Assembly: GCA_043750125.1 (NCBI GenBank)
Contig: JAYVCD010000314.1
Location: forward strand, 1 to 49,942
Reading direction: 5' to 3'
DNA length: 49,942 bases
Source: Archangiaceae bacterium
GTDB taxonomy: Bacteria > Myxococcota > Myxococcia > Myxococcales > Myxococcaceae
This document shows, one piece after another, positions 18,511 to 28,155 of this stretch. Positions within the stretch are counted from its first letter, which is position 1, and the number at the start of each line of letters is the position of its first letter. Below the pieces are notes generated by a model. The model ran no database searches, was not told the origin of the DNA, and was given only the letters and a program-made list of their open reading frames with translations. The translations under genes were made by a program, and so were the position numbers.

Positions 18511-20235
18511 TCAGGGTGCGGTGGCGACTTCCAGCTTGGCCTTGGTGCCTGGCCAGATGATCAGTGACGTACCGACCCGCATCCGCTTTGCACCCCGCTC
18601 GAGCACCGCGTTCCAGCTCTGCAAATCCGGAATGCTGCAGTCGAAGCGCTGGCTGAGGGTCCACAAGCTGTCGCCGCTGGCGACGCCATAAGTGACCCGG
18701 GTTCGCGCGCCGACCTTTTCGATCGCGACGGTCCCCTGAGGGACGCTTCGGCCCCCGCCCGCGCCGGCAGGGACCTCGTCTTCGGGACGGACAGTGGCAA
18801 CCGTCTTTCGAGCGTGAGCGACCTGCCGCTCGAAGCTCGGGTCAGGCGTGCCGGCCTTGAGTGCACGTGCACTGGGAGTGGGAATGATGAGCTCGGTGCT
18901 GACCCTCAGGCTCCGCGCGGATTTCAGCCCATTCATCTTCAAAATCGCTTCGGGCGCCGAGTGATAGACGCTCGCAATGGCCGACAACGTGTCGCCCTTC
19001 TTCACCTTGTGAAAGACGAAGTTCAAACGCTCGGTGGGGGTGAATTTGGCGAAGTTCTCGGCGAACAGCGCCGCCTGGGTCTTCGGAATCCGAATGACGT
19101 ACGGCTCCTTTTCGGTCGCCGGAGGAGTGCACCACCGCTTCACCTCGGGGTTGTACACGGCGAAATCCTCGAGAGTGATGTCGGCCGCGCGCGCGAGCAC
19201 GTCGAGATCAACCTGGGACGTGAGCTTGACCTCTTCGAAGTCCAGTGGAGCCTCGTACAAAAACTCTTCCTGCGAGAAGCCGAACGCCTCGGGGTGCTTG
19301 GCCACCAGGGCGCAAGCAATCAACTTCGGCACGTAATGCTTGGTCTCTTTCGCAAACCCCCCTCGCTTCGCTTCAGACAACGCCCAGAAGTCGGTCGTCT
19401 TCTGGGTTGAGATGAGCTTCCGGACCCGGTTCCCTCCGGTGTTGTACCCGGCCCAGGCGAGGTACCAATGGCCGAGGTTGCCGTAGAGCTGGCCGAGGAA
19501 ACGCGCCGCCGCATGGGTTGATTTGATGGGATCTCTGCGCTCGTCGACCCAGAAGTCGTTGCGCAGATCAAAATCTTTCGCCGTGCCTGCGATGAATTGC
19601 CAGGGACCCACGGCGGCAGCCCAGGATTTCGCCTGCGTGTTGAACCCCGATTCGATCATCGACAGGTAGACCAGATCGCGCGGCAGGCCGCGGGCTTCGA
19701 GAATGGGCTGCATCATCGGGATGTACCGAGTGGAACGCGACATCCACCGGCGAAACCACTTTCGCCCTGACCCCTGAAAGAAGTGAATGTACTGCGCGAC
19801 CAGCGGCTGCATCTCGACCGGAATGTCGTAGCGGTCTTTGACCGAGTTCACATCGAACGTGGCGAGGTCGGTGACGGGGGCCAGTGCAAACGGCAGCTCA
19901 TCACCCAGGGCGTCTGCTTCGTCGAGTGCCGACTCGAGATGGGCTCGGGCCGCGCTGCCGTACCCCAGGTGATGAAGGTTCAACCGCAACGACAGGTCGC
20001 TTTTGGCCGAGGGCTCGATCGCCGTTTCTTCCAGAGCTCGCATTTCTTCGAGCTCAGAGGTCACCGGCTCGTCGGCATCCAAAGCTGCGGCGGCCGGTTC
20101 CGCAGGCCGCGTTTCGGCCTGGACGACCGTCATCCCCGCGGGGGGCGGAGGCATCGGGAGATCGAATGCAGCCAGCAGCAAAGAGAGCGAAAGGAGCAAT
20201 CGGTACCAGTATGGCTGCGGCGCTGAACCCGTCAA
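18511..20235 (-). CDS. mltD: MltD-like lytic transglycosylase with LysM domains
   Basis: MIESGFN, AVGPWQFI, VDERRDP, AGYNTG, ETKHYVPK; LysM motifs HKVKKGDTLSAIA and YGVASGDSLWTLS. Start uncertain (TTG 20199 is an alternative). Confidence 0.88.
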   Translation of the reverse strand: MTGSAPQPYWYRLLLSLSLLLAAFDLPMPPPPAGMTVVQAETRPAEPAAAALDADEPVTSELEEMRALEETAIEPSAKSDLSLRLNLHHLGYGSAARAHLESALDEADALGDELPFALAPVTDLATFDVNSVKDRYDIPVEMQPLVAQYIHFFQGSGRKWFRRWMSRSTRYIPMMQPILEARGLPRDLVYLSMIESGFNTQAKSWAAAVGPWQFIAGTAKDFDLRNDFWVDERRDPIKSTHAAARFLGQLYGNLGHWYLAWAGYNTGGNRVRKLISTQKTTDFWALSEAKRGGFAKETKHYVPKLIACALVAKHPEAFGFSQEEFLYEAPLDFEEVKLTSQVDLDVLARAADITLEDFAVYNPEVKRWCTPPATEKEPYVIRIPKTQAALFAENFAKFTPTERLNFVFHKVKKGDTLSAIASVYHSAPEAILKMNGLKSARSLRVSTELIIPTPSARALKAGTPDPSFERQVAHARKTVATVRPEDEVPAGAGGGRSVPQGTVAIEKVGARTRVTYGVASGDSLWTLSQRFDCSIPDLQSWNAVLERGAKRMRVGTSLIIWPGTKAKLEVATAP

Positions 20236-20264
20236 ACCGCGGCCCGGCGAAATAATCCCCAGTG

Positions 20265-21812
20265 TTAAAGCGCCCGTTTTGCCCGGGTCTTTTGCTTCTT
20301 AGTGCCTTCAAGGGCCGGTTGCCCATGCCCGGGCCCCAGGATCTTCGCGACATATGCTTCATAGGCGAAGTGCGGCGAATTTTCTGCGTCGTGGCAGCCG
20401 GTGCAGGTCTTCGGGTCTTTTCCCTTCCCGATGTTCTGGTCCGAGGCGTCGGCCACATGCGCGGCGCCTGGCCCGTGACAAGACTCGCAGCCCACATAAT
20501 CTCGACCCGTGACGCGATCGATGCGGCACGTTCCCCCGGGCTGCTGCCACCCGGTGACGTGACACCCCACGCAGTCGAGGTGGAAATTCTTGCCGACTTT
20601 TTCCAACGTCGGGTACGCCTCGGAATGCTTCGAGGCCTTCCAGCTTGCAAACGCTTCTTCATGACAGTCGAGGCAGGCGGAATTTCCGACGAAGCCCGAC
20701 TTGCCCTGTTGGGGACCCGGACAGTCCACGCCATGCTCCCGGGCGTACTGAAGGTTCAGCTGCCCCACGTCGCGGTCATAGGCGGTGACGATGGCGACGG
20801 CGGCAGGGAGGGCCGGGAAGTTTGCCTCGATGGGGATAAAGCGAACGCTGAACACGTTTTTTCCTGTCGGCTCAGCAAGCGGAGTCGCTGCCAGCGCTTC
20901 GCGACGGGCAATCACCTGTTCGAGCTTCGCCTTTCGCAGTGCCTTCAGTGGCTGGGCAAGCATCGGCTCGTTCACCTCGGCCCGTAGCAGCTCGATGCGT
21001 TGGTCCAGCGCTGCCAATTCGCGCTCGCTGTCGGCCGCACCCTTAAGCAGCTCGAATTTCGCCTCTGGGTCTGCCTGGGTCAGCTCGAGGGTCAGCAGGG
21101 TGCGCCCTTTGCTCTGAAGCTGGCCCACTGAAGTGACGCCCCGCACCAGCCTGCTCGTCTCGCTCGAGAACTCGCCTTTCCCCCGCGTCGCCAGAGCGAA
21201 ATCGACCGGCAGCCCCGCTGCCGCGGCCTGGTTCACGACGTCGAACGGTTGTTGTACCAGCGCGAGGACGAACCGTGCGCCCCCGGCTTTCGCAGCGGCC
21301 GCGCGAGGCGCAACTTGTTCGATCGTCTGGGCATTGATCACCGCGATCTTCGAACCGCCGATGTCGAGCAGCTGCACTTGAGACACCGGGAACCCGGGCA
21401 GCCCCAACGACGAACGGAACGGAGCGCCGCGCGCGTCGTCCAGCGGGCCGACCGCGCGGGCTGTCAGCCCCATCAGCTTGAAGGCGTCGGCGATCGCTTT
21501 CGCCTTTCGTTCTTGTTGTGGCACGGCCTCGGGTGGAATCTGCGTCGCACCAAAGAGTGCGTCGCCCGAGTCGATGAAGAACACGGCTTCTGCGCTCTTT
21601 CGCGCCTCGACGACCTGGAACGCGGCCCGCGCAATTCCCCCGCGCATGTTTTCCGAACAACCACAGGGGCCCAGGTAGCCTTTGAGCTCTGCGGAAATGA
21701 ACAGCCGCGCGTGGCGGACTCCCGCGGCGGGCCGGACTTCTTTGTCGCGGGTGGTGCAGCCGCAGCTCAGGACCAGCGCGGCGATCGCGAGAAGCCGCAA
21801 CACGCAGCTCAC
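20265..21812 (-). CDS. lipoprotein: 5'-nucleotidase/UshA-like N-terminal domain fused to a tetraheme cytochrome c (c554-like)
   Basis: Four CxxCH motifs (CLDCH, CVGCH, CESCH, CTGCH); N-terminal ELKGYLGPCGC...GGIAR...IDSGD. Confidence 0.8.
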   Translation of the reverse strand: MSCVLRLLAIAALVLSCGCTTRDKEVRPAAGVRHARLFISAELKGYLGPCGCSENMRGGIARAAFQVVEARKSAEAVFFIDSGDALFGATQIPPEAVPQQERKAKAIADAFKLMGLTARAVGPLDDARGAPFRSSLGLPGFPVSQVQLLDIGGSKIAVINAQTIEQVAPRAAAAKAGGARFVLALVQQPFDVVNQAAAAGLPVDFALATRGKGEFSSETSRLVRGVTSVGQLQSKGRTLLTLELTQADPEAKFELLKGAADSERELAALDQRIELLRAEVNEPMLAQPLKALRKAKLEQVIARREALAATPLAEPTGKNVFSVRFIPIEANFPALPAAVAIVTAYDRDVGQLNLQYAREHGVDCPGPQQGKSGFVGNSACLDCHEEAFASWKASKHSEAYPTLEKVGKNFHLDCVGCHVTGWQQPGGTCRIDRVTGRDYVGCESCHGPGAAHVADASDQNIGKGKDPKTCTGCHDAENSPHFAYEAYVAKILGPGHGQPALEGTKKQKTRAKRAL

Positions 21813-22189
21813 CAGAGAATCGAAGACACCAGCTCGTCGACCTTTTCACCCAGCGCTTCGAGCCCGTTGGCCTTCGACAGAAAACCGTCGGCACCGACCT
21901 GCTCGGCCAGCTTCTCGAGCTCTTCATCATCGAGCGAAGAGAACAGGACGATCGGGATGTCTTGGGTGCCGTATTCGTTCTTCAGGGTCCGGCAGATGTC
22001 GGTACCCTTGGCTTCGGGCATGTGAATGTCGGTGAGGATCAGATGCGGGCGAAACGCCTTCAGGAGCTTCTCGAATTCCTGGAGGGTAGCCGCAGCCTGT
22101 ACTTCGTAGCCACGCGCTTCGAGGACGGACTTCTCCATCGCAAGAGTGATCTCACTGTCGTCGATGATCAGGATCTTGCGTCGTTCCAA
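21809..22189 (-). CDS. single-domain response regulator
   Basis: ILIIDD, LILTDIHMP, VLFSS, FLSK. Confidence 0.92.
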   Translation of the reverse strand: MERRKILIIDDSEITLAMEKSVLEARGYEVQAAATLQEFEKLLKAFRPHLILTDIHMPEAKGTDICRTLKNEYGTQDIPIVLFSSLDDEELEKLAEQVGADGFLSKANGLEALGEKVDELVSSILW

Positions 22190-22232
22190 GGGACTTCACG
22201 TGTAACAAACCGCGCGCATTTGCGACACACCG

Positions 22233-23315
22233 TTGGTATGGCTTTCGTTTGTGACCACGCTCTGGGGCCCCTTGATGGTGTGGCAGTGGTTGACGCTCGC
22301 GTCGCTGCTGGTCGGGTCCATGCTTCTTGCGTTCGCGCTGCAGTGGCTGGTCTTGAAGCTGGGAGGGCGCTTTGCCCACCGCACCCCTACCCACTGGGAC
22401 AATCAGCTGGTCGAGTCGATCAACGGCCCGTTGTGGGTGGTGTTGTGGGCCTTGTTGATCCACGCCACCAGCGTCGTCATTGATTTCCCGGAAGCGGGTG
22501 GGGTGAAGAACCTGCTCGTCCGCTCTTTGACGATCATCGGCGTCGTCTGGTTTGCGCATCGAATGTTGAAGCTGGTGACGACCTACGTCGGCGCGCGAGA
22601 AGAAGAGCCCAATGGTCGGTACCGCAGCATCCGGACGCAGTTCGAGTTCAGTCGACGCATCCTCGAGTTCGGGATCTGGTTTGTCGGGGCAGCGTTCTTT
22701 CTTCTGCAGTTCGATGTGGTGCGGAATGTCGGCGTCTCGTTGCTCGCTTCGGCCGGAGTGGCCGGAGTAGTGCTCGGGATCGCAGCACAAAAGTCCTTCG
22801 CCTCGTTGCTGGCAGGAGTGCAGCTGTCGATCACGCAGCCCATTCGCCTCGGAGACGCGGTCGTCATCGAGAAAGAGTTCGGGACGGTCGAAGAAATCCG
22901 TTTGACCTATGTCGTGGTCCGCACGTGGGACAACCGGCGACTGATCGTGCCGATCGCCTACTTCCTCGACAAGATGTTCGAGAACTGGTCGCTGGCCGAG
23001 AGCGCAATGTTGAGTACGGTAGTGCTGAAAGTCGACTACCTGGCTGATGTCGAGGCGTTCCGAGTCGAGATCGATCGCCTGCTGGCCGATGACCGCCTCA
23101 AGGCGATTTGGGATGGCAAGACCCGCACGGTCCACGTCACCGACTCGGACGAGCGCACGATGACTCTGCGCCTGTTGGTGGGCGCATCAGCCCCTGAGCA
23201 CGCCTTCGATTTGCGCTGTCTGATCCGCGAAGGTTTGATCGGTTTTCTCCGCAAGCACCCCGAATGGTTGCCCCGCGCGAGAAGCGAAACTTTGCCCAAC
23301 CCGGTTTCGAATTGA
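22233..23315 (+). CDS. MscS family mechanosensitive channel
   Basis: SLLASAGVAGVVLGIAAQ, QPIRLGD, GTVEEIRLTYVVVRTWDNRRLIVP. Confidence 0.93.
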   Translation: MVWLSFVTTLWGPLMVWQWLTLASLLVGSMLLAFALQWLVLKLGGRFAHRTPTHWDNQLVESINGPLWVVLWALLIHATSVVIDFPEAGGVKNLLVRSLTIIGVVWFAHRMLKLVTTYVGAREEEPNGRYRSIRTQFEFSRRILEFGIWFVGAAFFLLQFDVVRNVGVSLLASAGVAGVVLGIAAQKSFASLLAGVQLSITQPIRLGDAVVIEKEFGTVEEIRLTYVVVRTWDNRRLIVPIAYFLDKMFENWSLAESAMLSTVVLKVDYLADVEAFRVEIDRLLADDRLKAIWDGKTRTVHVTDSDERTMTLRLLVGASAPEHAFDLRCLIREGLIGFLRKHPEWLPRARSETLPNPVSN

Positions 23316-23359
23316 ATAAGCGCCGGCTCCTTCAGTCGAAGTCCTTTGGAGGATTTCCC

Positions 23360-23911
23360 ATGAGATGCTCACCCTACCTCGCCGTGCTCTTCACCGCCCT
23401 GGCTGCCGTTGCTCAGGAAGGGGGGCGCACGGACGGCGCCGAGGGTTCCGAGCAGGGAAAAGGGGGTTACGACAAGCCGTCGGGAAACGGCAAACTTTCA
23501 ATCGAGCTGAACTGGGGAGCGTCGATACCGGTCGGCCTGAATCCTCCCCTGGGGGGCAATGGCTTCACGGGTGCTCCCCTCTACCTTGGAGGAACGGTGT
23601 CGCTGTGGATGGTCGACTGGTTCTTGCTCGACGCGCACGCCAGCTACGCTTTCAACACCGGGCGCACGAACCTTCTCATCGGGCCACGCTTTCGCACCAA
23701 CACCTGGCCGGTGAGCGCCAGCCTCGGTATTCGGGCCGGAGCGATCATCGACCCTCAGGTGGGCTTGCGCTTCGGGCTCTCACCGGTGGCAAGCGTCGAC
23801 ATGATCTTCATCAAGCACCTGCTGCTGGGCCTCGAGGGCAGCTTCGACGTTCCGGTCGCGGGCAACGGCGCGAGCTTTCGGGTCGGGCTCAACCTCGGTT
23901 GGCGGTTCTAG
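23360..23911 (+). CDS. exported protein, probable small outer-membrane beta-barrel
   Basis: GGAGG RBS, signal peptide, alternating beta-strand pattern, C-terminal LNLGWRF. Confidence 0.7.
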   Translation: MRCSPYLAVLFTALAAVAQEGGRTDGAEGSEQGKGGYDKPSGNGKLSIELNWGASIPVGLNPPLGGNGFTGAPLYLGGTVSLWMVDWFLLDAHASYAFNTGRTNLLIGPRFRTNTWPVSASLGIRAGAIIDPQVGLRFGLSPVASVDMIFIKHLLLGLEGSFDVPVAGNGASFRVGLNLGWRF

Positions 23912-23913
23912 AC

Positions 23914-24711
23914 ATGATTGTTCCTGTTCTGCTGGTGGTGCTGGCGCAGCTCACTCCGTCGCTGCCCCGGACGATGCCGTTTCCCTCGGGGCGTTCAGAA
24001 ACCATCAACCTGATCAATTGGAACTCAAACGATTTGCCCAGGGTGTACCAGCGCTCAGAGCAGCTGCCCCTGCATGACGATGAATTGGTGAAGCTGTCTA
24101 AAGCGGGCTTCGACTCTGCCGAGCTGGTGAAGATGATCCAGGAGCGGCGCTGTGCCTGCGATGCCAGTGCCGATGGGCTGATCCGACTCAAAAGCGCGGG
24201 CGTGTCGAAAGAGGTGATTTCTGCCGTTTCGCTGCACGGGCTGAAGCCCAACCGCGCGGTCACGTTACAGCTCACGCTCGACTTCACCGGCGAGGGCCGC
24301 GAGGCGCGAAATGCGTTCCTCTACTTCTTCGTCGACGACGGTGAGCTGACCCGCGTCTTCTCGGCGAACCTGAATGATTTTCTTTCGCGCAACAACCCGT
24401 ACGACACGATGACCGACCGATCGGATCTGTTGATCACCAAGAAGGTCCGCCGCATTCAGCTGGCAGGAGAGGTGACGTTGAAGACTTATGGGAAGCACTC
24501 GGTGCTGGTGGTGACGAGCGCGAACCCGACACTGACCCACCCTTCTGGGCTCAACGAGATCGAGAAGAAGACCGCTCAGACCTACAGCTTCGATTACCCG
24601 CGAGCCTCATTGATGAGCGTCTGTCGGCTCAACGCGGGATACAAACGTGACGCGATGCTCGCCCACCTGTGGCGGTACATGGGCAGCCGCTTCGAGTGCG
24701 AGTGGAACTGA
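23914..24711 (+). CDS. hypothetical exported protein
   Basis: ATG 2 nt after the previous stop; hydrophobic N-terminus; short helical repeats LVKLSKAGF / LIRLKSAGVS. Confidence 0.7.
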   Translation: MIVPVLLVVLAQLTPSLPRTMPFPSGRSETINLINWNSNDLPRVYQRSEQLPLHDDELVKLSKAGFDSAELVKMIQERRCACDASADGLIRLKSAGVSKEVISAVSLHGLKPNRAVTLQLTLDFTGEGREARNAFLYFFVDDGELTRVFSANLNDFLSRNNPYDTMTDRSDLLITKKVRRIQLAGEVTLKTYGKHSVLVVTSANPTLTHPSGLNEIEKKTAQTYSFDYPRASLMSVCRLNAGYKRDAMLAHLWRYMGSRFECEWN

Positions 24712-24725
24712 ACATGGAGACACAC

Positions 24726-25322
24726 ATGACGAGCCGATGCCTTTTCGCCGTTGCGGCCCTGGCGTTGGCCGCCTGCTCGGGGCCGCGTGCTTTCACGCGG
24801 GGCACGTACGAAGACCCCAACGTGATCGAGATGCTGTCGGACAAGTTCAATGAGAACGACCTTCAGTTGATCGCCAAGAAGATGGCCGAGTCGATGGCTG
24901 GGTCAGCCGAAAACTTCACCAGGCCACCGGCCCGCCCACTCGTCGTAATCAAGACATTCAAGAATTCGACCAGCGAGCACATCGACATGAAGTCGTTGGC
25001 CGACAAGATTTTCGTCGCCTTGTCAAAGACCGGGAAGTTCACCTTTCAGGACGTAGGTGCACGCAAGGACGTAGCTGAAGAATACGAGTACCAGGGTTCA
25101 GGCTACGTCGACCCGAACCAGGCCCGGGGTCCTGGCCAGCAAGCCGGCGCGGACTATGTGCTCACCGGAGAGGTCAGCTCGATCATTCAGGAAGTCGGAG
25201 CCGACAAGCTCATCTATTACAAGATGACTTCGAAGCTGACCAACCTGCGCTCGGGCGTGATCGAATGGACAGACGAGAAAGAGCTGCGCAAGAAGTTCGA
25301 AAAGCAGGGCGTGAGTTGGTGA
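24726..25322 (+). CDS. LpoB-like (COG3417) lipoprotein
   Basis: Lipobox LALAAC; DLQLIAKKM, KNSTSEHID, GADYVLTGEVSSI, W..EKELRK; GGAG RBS. Confidence 0.8.
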   Translation: MTSRCLFAVAALALAACSGPRAFTRGTYEDPNVIEMLSDKFNENDLQLIAKKMAESMAGSAENFTRPPARPLVVIKTFKNSTSEHIDMKSLADKIFVALSKTGKFTFQDVGARKDVAEEYEYQGSGYVDPNQARGPGQQAGADYVLTGEVSSIIQEVGADKLIYYKMTSKLTNLRSGVIEWTDEKELRKKFEKQGVSW

Positions 25323-25326
25323 TTTT

Positions 25327-26538
25327 TTGCGCCTGCTCATTTACGGCTGCTTCTTAACCCTCGTCGGGTGCGCCCACTACGTCGAGCGCACCCGCGACGT
25401 GCGCGAGGCGTACCGCGCGTACGACGAGCCCCGGGCTCTGGCGTTGCTCGAGGCGCGCTTCGGCAAGGGCGACCCGGGCATCGACAAGCTGCTGGTGCTG
25501 CTCGACTACGGGACCGTGCTGCATGCGGCGGGTCGATGGGCCGAATCGAGAGACATGCTCGCAAAGGCCGACGAGCTTTCGCAGCAGCTCGATTTCACCT
25601 CGGTCAGCGAAGAAGCGGGGTCGCTGCTGGCGAATGAAACGATGCGCACCTATCGGGGCGAAGACTTCGAGAAGCTGATGATCACCGTCCTGCAAGCGCT
25701 CAACTACGCCCAGTTGGGTGACGACGAGGGCGCGCTGGTCGAGATCCGTCGCTGCAATGAACGGCTCGAGAAGATGATCGCCCAGCAAAAGCCGTACGAG
25801 CAGTTGGCCATCGCGCGGTACCTCGGAGGAATGCTTTATGAAGATCAGCATCAATGGGACGCGGCGGCGATCGACTACCTCGAAGCCGCGCGCCTTCAGC
25901 CCAACTTGGGGAACCTCTCTGAGCCTGTGCTGCGATTGGCGAAGCTGACCGAGCGCGTCGACGCGTATGCAAAAGAGGCCTCGAACCATCTGGGACTGGT
26001 GCACGGCCCGCTGGGGGCGGACGAGGGACAAATTGCGGTGGTGATCGAAGCGGGCCAGGCACCTGCGAAAGAAGAAGGCCAGAGCCCAATCGGGAAGGCG
26101 ACCTTCGTGGTGGTGCCGGTCTACACCGCGCACACCCCACCGGTTCCAACCGCCTCGGTCCTCTTCAGCACCGGAAGTGTCGAAGCGACACAGGTCACTT
26201 CGTTGGACGCGGTGGCGAGACTGCATCTGCAAGATCGAATCGGGCGGATGATCGCTCGGTCGCTGGCCAGCGCCGGGATCAAAGCGGGGCTGGCCGCAGC
26301 AGTGGGCGTGGCCAGCAAGAGCGAGGAGCTCGGGGTTCTGACCTTCGGAATTCTCGCGCTGACCCAGCAAGCAGACACCCGTTCCTGGCTGTCGCTGCCC
26401 GCTGAGTTTCAAATTGCGCGGGCGCGGGTGAAGGCGGGAAGTCAGACGGTGAGCGTCACCTGGGGGACCAAGACCACCGAGCACCGGGTGGACGTGGCGC
26501 CCGGGAGGCTCAAGATGGTCGTCGTCCGGCGCTATTGA
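25327..26538 (+). CDS. COG3014-like TPR lipoprotein
   Basis: Lipobox LVGC; YRGEDFEKLMI...ALNY..LGD...ALVEIRR; ADTRSWLSLP; adjacent to the LpoB-like gene. Confidence 0.78.
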   Translation: MRLLIYGCFLTLVGCAHYVERTRDVREAYRAYDEPRALALLEARFGKGDPGIDKLLVLLDYGTVLHAAGRWAESRDMLAKADELSQQLDFTSVSEEAGSLLANETMRTYRGEDFEKLMITVLQALNYAQLGDDEGALVEIRRCNERLEKMIAQQKPYEQLAIARYLGGMLYEDQHQWDAAAIDYLEAARLQPNLGNLSEPVLRLAKLTERVDAYAKEASNHLGLVHGPLGADEGQIAVVIEAGQAPAKEEGQSPIGKATFVVVPVYTAHTPPVPTASVLFSTGSVEATQVTSLDAVARLHLQDRIGRMIARSLASAGIKAGLAAAVGVASKSEELGVLTFGILALTQQADTRSWLSLPAEFQIARARVKAGSQTVSVTWGTKTTEHRVDVAPGRLKMVVVRRY

Positions 26539-26539
26539 G

Positions 26540-26932
26540 TCAGAGGGCTGCCGACACTTCTGACTGAGGGTGGGCACAGCTGGCGACGGCCTCGAGCAGC
26601 GAGCTGAGGTTCACCGGCTTTTGCAGCATCAGCGCGGCGCCAGAGTTTTCTGGGTTCTCTCCGTTGCCCAACAGGATGAATGGGATGCAGGCCTGCTCGT
26701 GTGAGAGCTGCTCGCAGATGCGCGCCCCGCCGTACCCAGACAAATCGGAGTCCGAGACGATGACATCGGGGTTGGGTGCCCGGCCGTGGGAAAGACGCGC
26801 CAACTCGAGGTAGTCGCAAAGTCCAAGACCGTCGCGAACCGCAATCACCTGGTAGCCGTTGCTGCGCAGAGCGCGGGCGAGCTGTTCACGCATCACAAGA
26901 TCTTCTTCTGCGAGCAACACGAGCTGGGTCAT
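26540..26932 (-). CDS. atypical stand-alone receiver-domain protein
   Basis: VLLAEED, PDVIVSD, LQKP; GGAG RBS before ATG 26932. Confidence 0.8.
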   Translation of the reverse strand: MTQLVLLAEEDLVMREQLARALRSNGYQVIAVRDGLGLCDYLELARLSHGRAPNPDVIVSDSDLSGYGGARICEQLSHEQACIPFILLGNGENPENSGAALMLQKPVNLSSLLEAVASCAHPQSEVSAAL

Positions 26933-26963
26933 GGGTCTTTCTCCGGGGAATGAGAAAGGCGTC

Positions 26964-26979
26964 TGCATTCAACATGCCG
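26964..26979 (-). promoter_or_regulatory. putative sigma-54 -24/-12 promoter
   Basis: The minus strand reads CGGCATGTTGAATGCA (GG-N10-GC), about 30 nt upstream of the receiver gene start. Confidence 0.6.
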
Positions 26980-27186
26980 TGGGCACTTGCCCCGGGGCAA
27001 TGGTTGAGGATTGTCGCGTCTGGGGTGAGGCACATCGCCTCATGGGGACAAAACGCAGGCGAGGTCATGTGCCTCGATGTCGCCTGATACCCTCATGAGG
27101 CGCCGCGGCAAACAGGGCCCGACGTTGCCGTAAATTGAGAAGATCTCTGCGCAGTTCGATCGCGTGAAGGGGCGCAGCTGTCGCGT

Positions 27187-27687
27187 TTATTTGGTCGCGC
27201 TCTTGAGCAGCTTCATGAAATCGGCCCGAGCGGCCTCGACGGTCTTGGCTGGGCCGGTGAGCTTGAAGAACACGTTTCCTTTCGGGCCCTCAACGATCGC
27301 GCCCAGGAGCTTGAAGCCCGCCTTGGGGGTCTTGGGTCCCATCGGGCCACCCATTGAGCTGGCAAAGGTCCCATCGACTTCGATGGTGGTCACCTCGAAG
27401 CCGGCGAGCTTCTCTTTTTTCCGCAGGGGCGCCTTGGCTCCTTCGAATTGGCCGACCCATCGGTCGATGTTGGCATCGACGCTTCCGCCCTGGCCTTCGC
27501 CGAAATAGAAGACGCCGCACTCGCCCGAATCCGAGTCGCCTTTGGCAGGCGCGACGAGGTACGTGGCGGCGCGCATCGGACGGGGGGCGTCGGACTTCCA
27601 CGTGGCGGGGGCAGTCCAACTGATGCCTCCGGCGGAATCGGCGAAGGCAGGCAGGGCGAGCAAGCTGATGAGCAGGGCGGTTTTCAT
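27187..27687 (-). CDS. hypothetical secreted protein
   Basis: Signal peptide ending AFA; conserved-looking GQGGSVDANIDRWVGQF and FFKLTGP. Confidence 0.75.
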   Translation of the reverse strand: MKTALLISLLALPAFADSAGGISWTAPATWKSDAPRPMRAATYLVAPAKGDSDSGECGVFYFGEGQGGSVDANIDRWVGQFEGAKAPLRKKEKLAGFEVTTIEVDGTFASSMGGPMGPKTPKAGFKLLGAIVEGPKGNVFFKLTGPAKTVEAARADFMKLLKSATK

Positions 27688-27696
27688 GGGCGGACC

Positions 27697-28155
27697 CTAA
27701 CGCGCCAGCTTCAGAATGTGCGCGAAGTGCGCTTCCTCGACGGGCTGGACTGACAGCCGCGACCCTTTTTGCAACAACGGCATTTGGGCCAGGGCCTTCT
27801 GAGACTTCAGCTGGTCGAGCGGCAAGACCGCTTTGAACTGCTCGACGAACGCCACTTTGATCATCTGCCATCGCGGGTTTTCGCGGGGGCTGGTCGGGTC
27901 GTAGTACTCGCTTTTCTTGTCGAACTGGGTCGGGTCGGTCAGTCCCACTTGCTCAATGCGGACCAGCCCCGCTATCCCCGAGGGCTTTGAATTCGAATGG
28001 TAGAAAAAGGCCAGGTCTCCGGGCCGCATCAGGTCGCGCATCGAATTGCGGGCTTCGTAATTCCGCACGCCTTCCCAACTCGTCGTGCGATCCCGAGCGA
28101 GATCTTCAATCGAATAAACGTCCGCTTCACTCTTGATGAGCCAGAACCGCTTCAT
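27697..28155 (-). CDS. EVE domain-containing protein
   Basis: FWLIKSE, WEGVRNYEARN, FFYHS, YYDP, SRLSVQPV. Confidence 0.93.
   Translation of the reverse strand: MKRFWLIKSEADVYSIEDLARDRTTSWEGVRNYEARNSMRDLMRPGDLAFFYHSNSKPSGIAGLVRIEQVGLTDPTQFDKKSEYYDPTSPRENPRWQMIKVAFVEQFKAVLPLDQLKSQKALAQMPLLQKGSRLSVQPVEEAHFAHILKLAR

Noticed and set aside
20265-21812. Selenoprotein
   Set aside because: No in-frame TGA; the motif is Cys-Gly-Cys.
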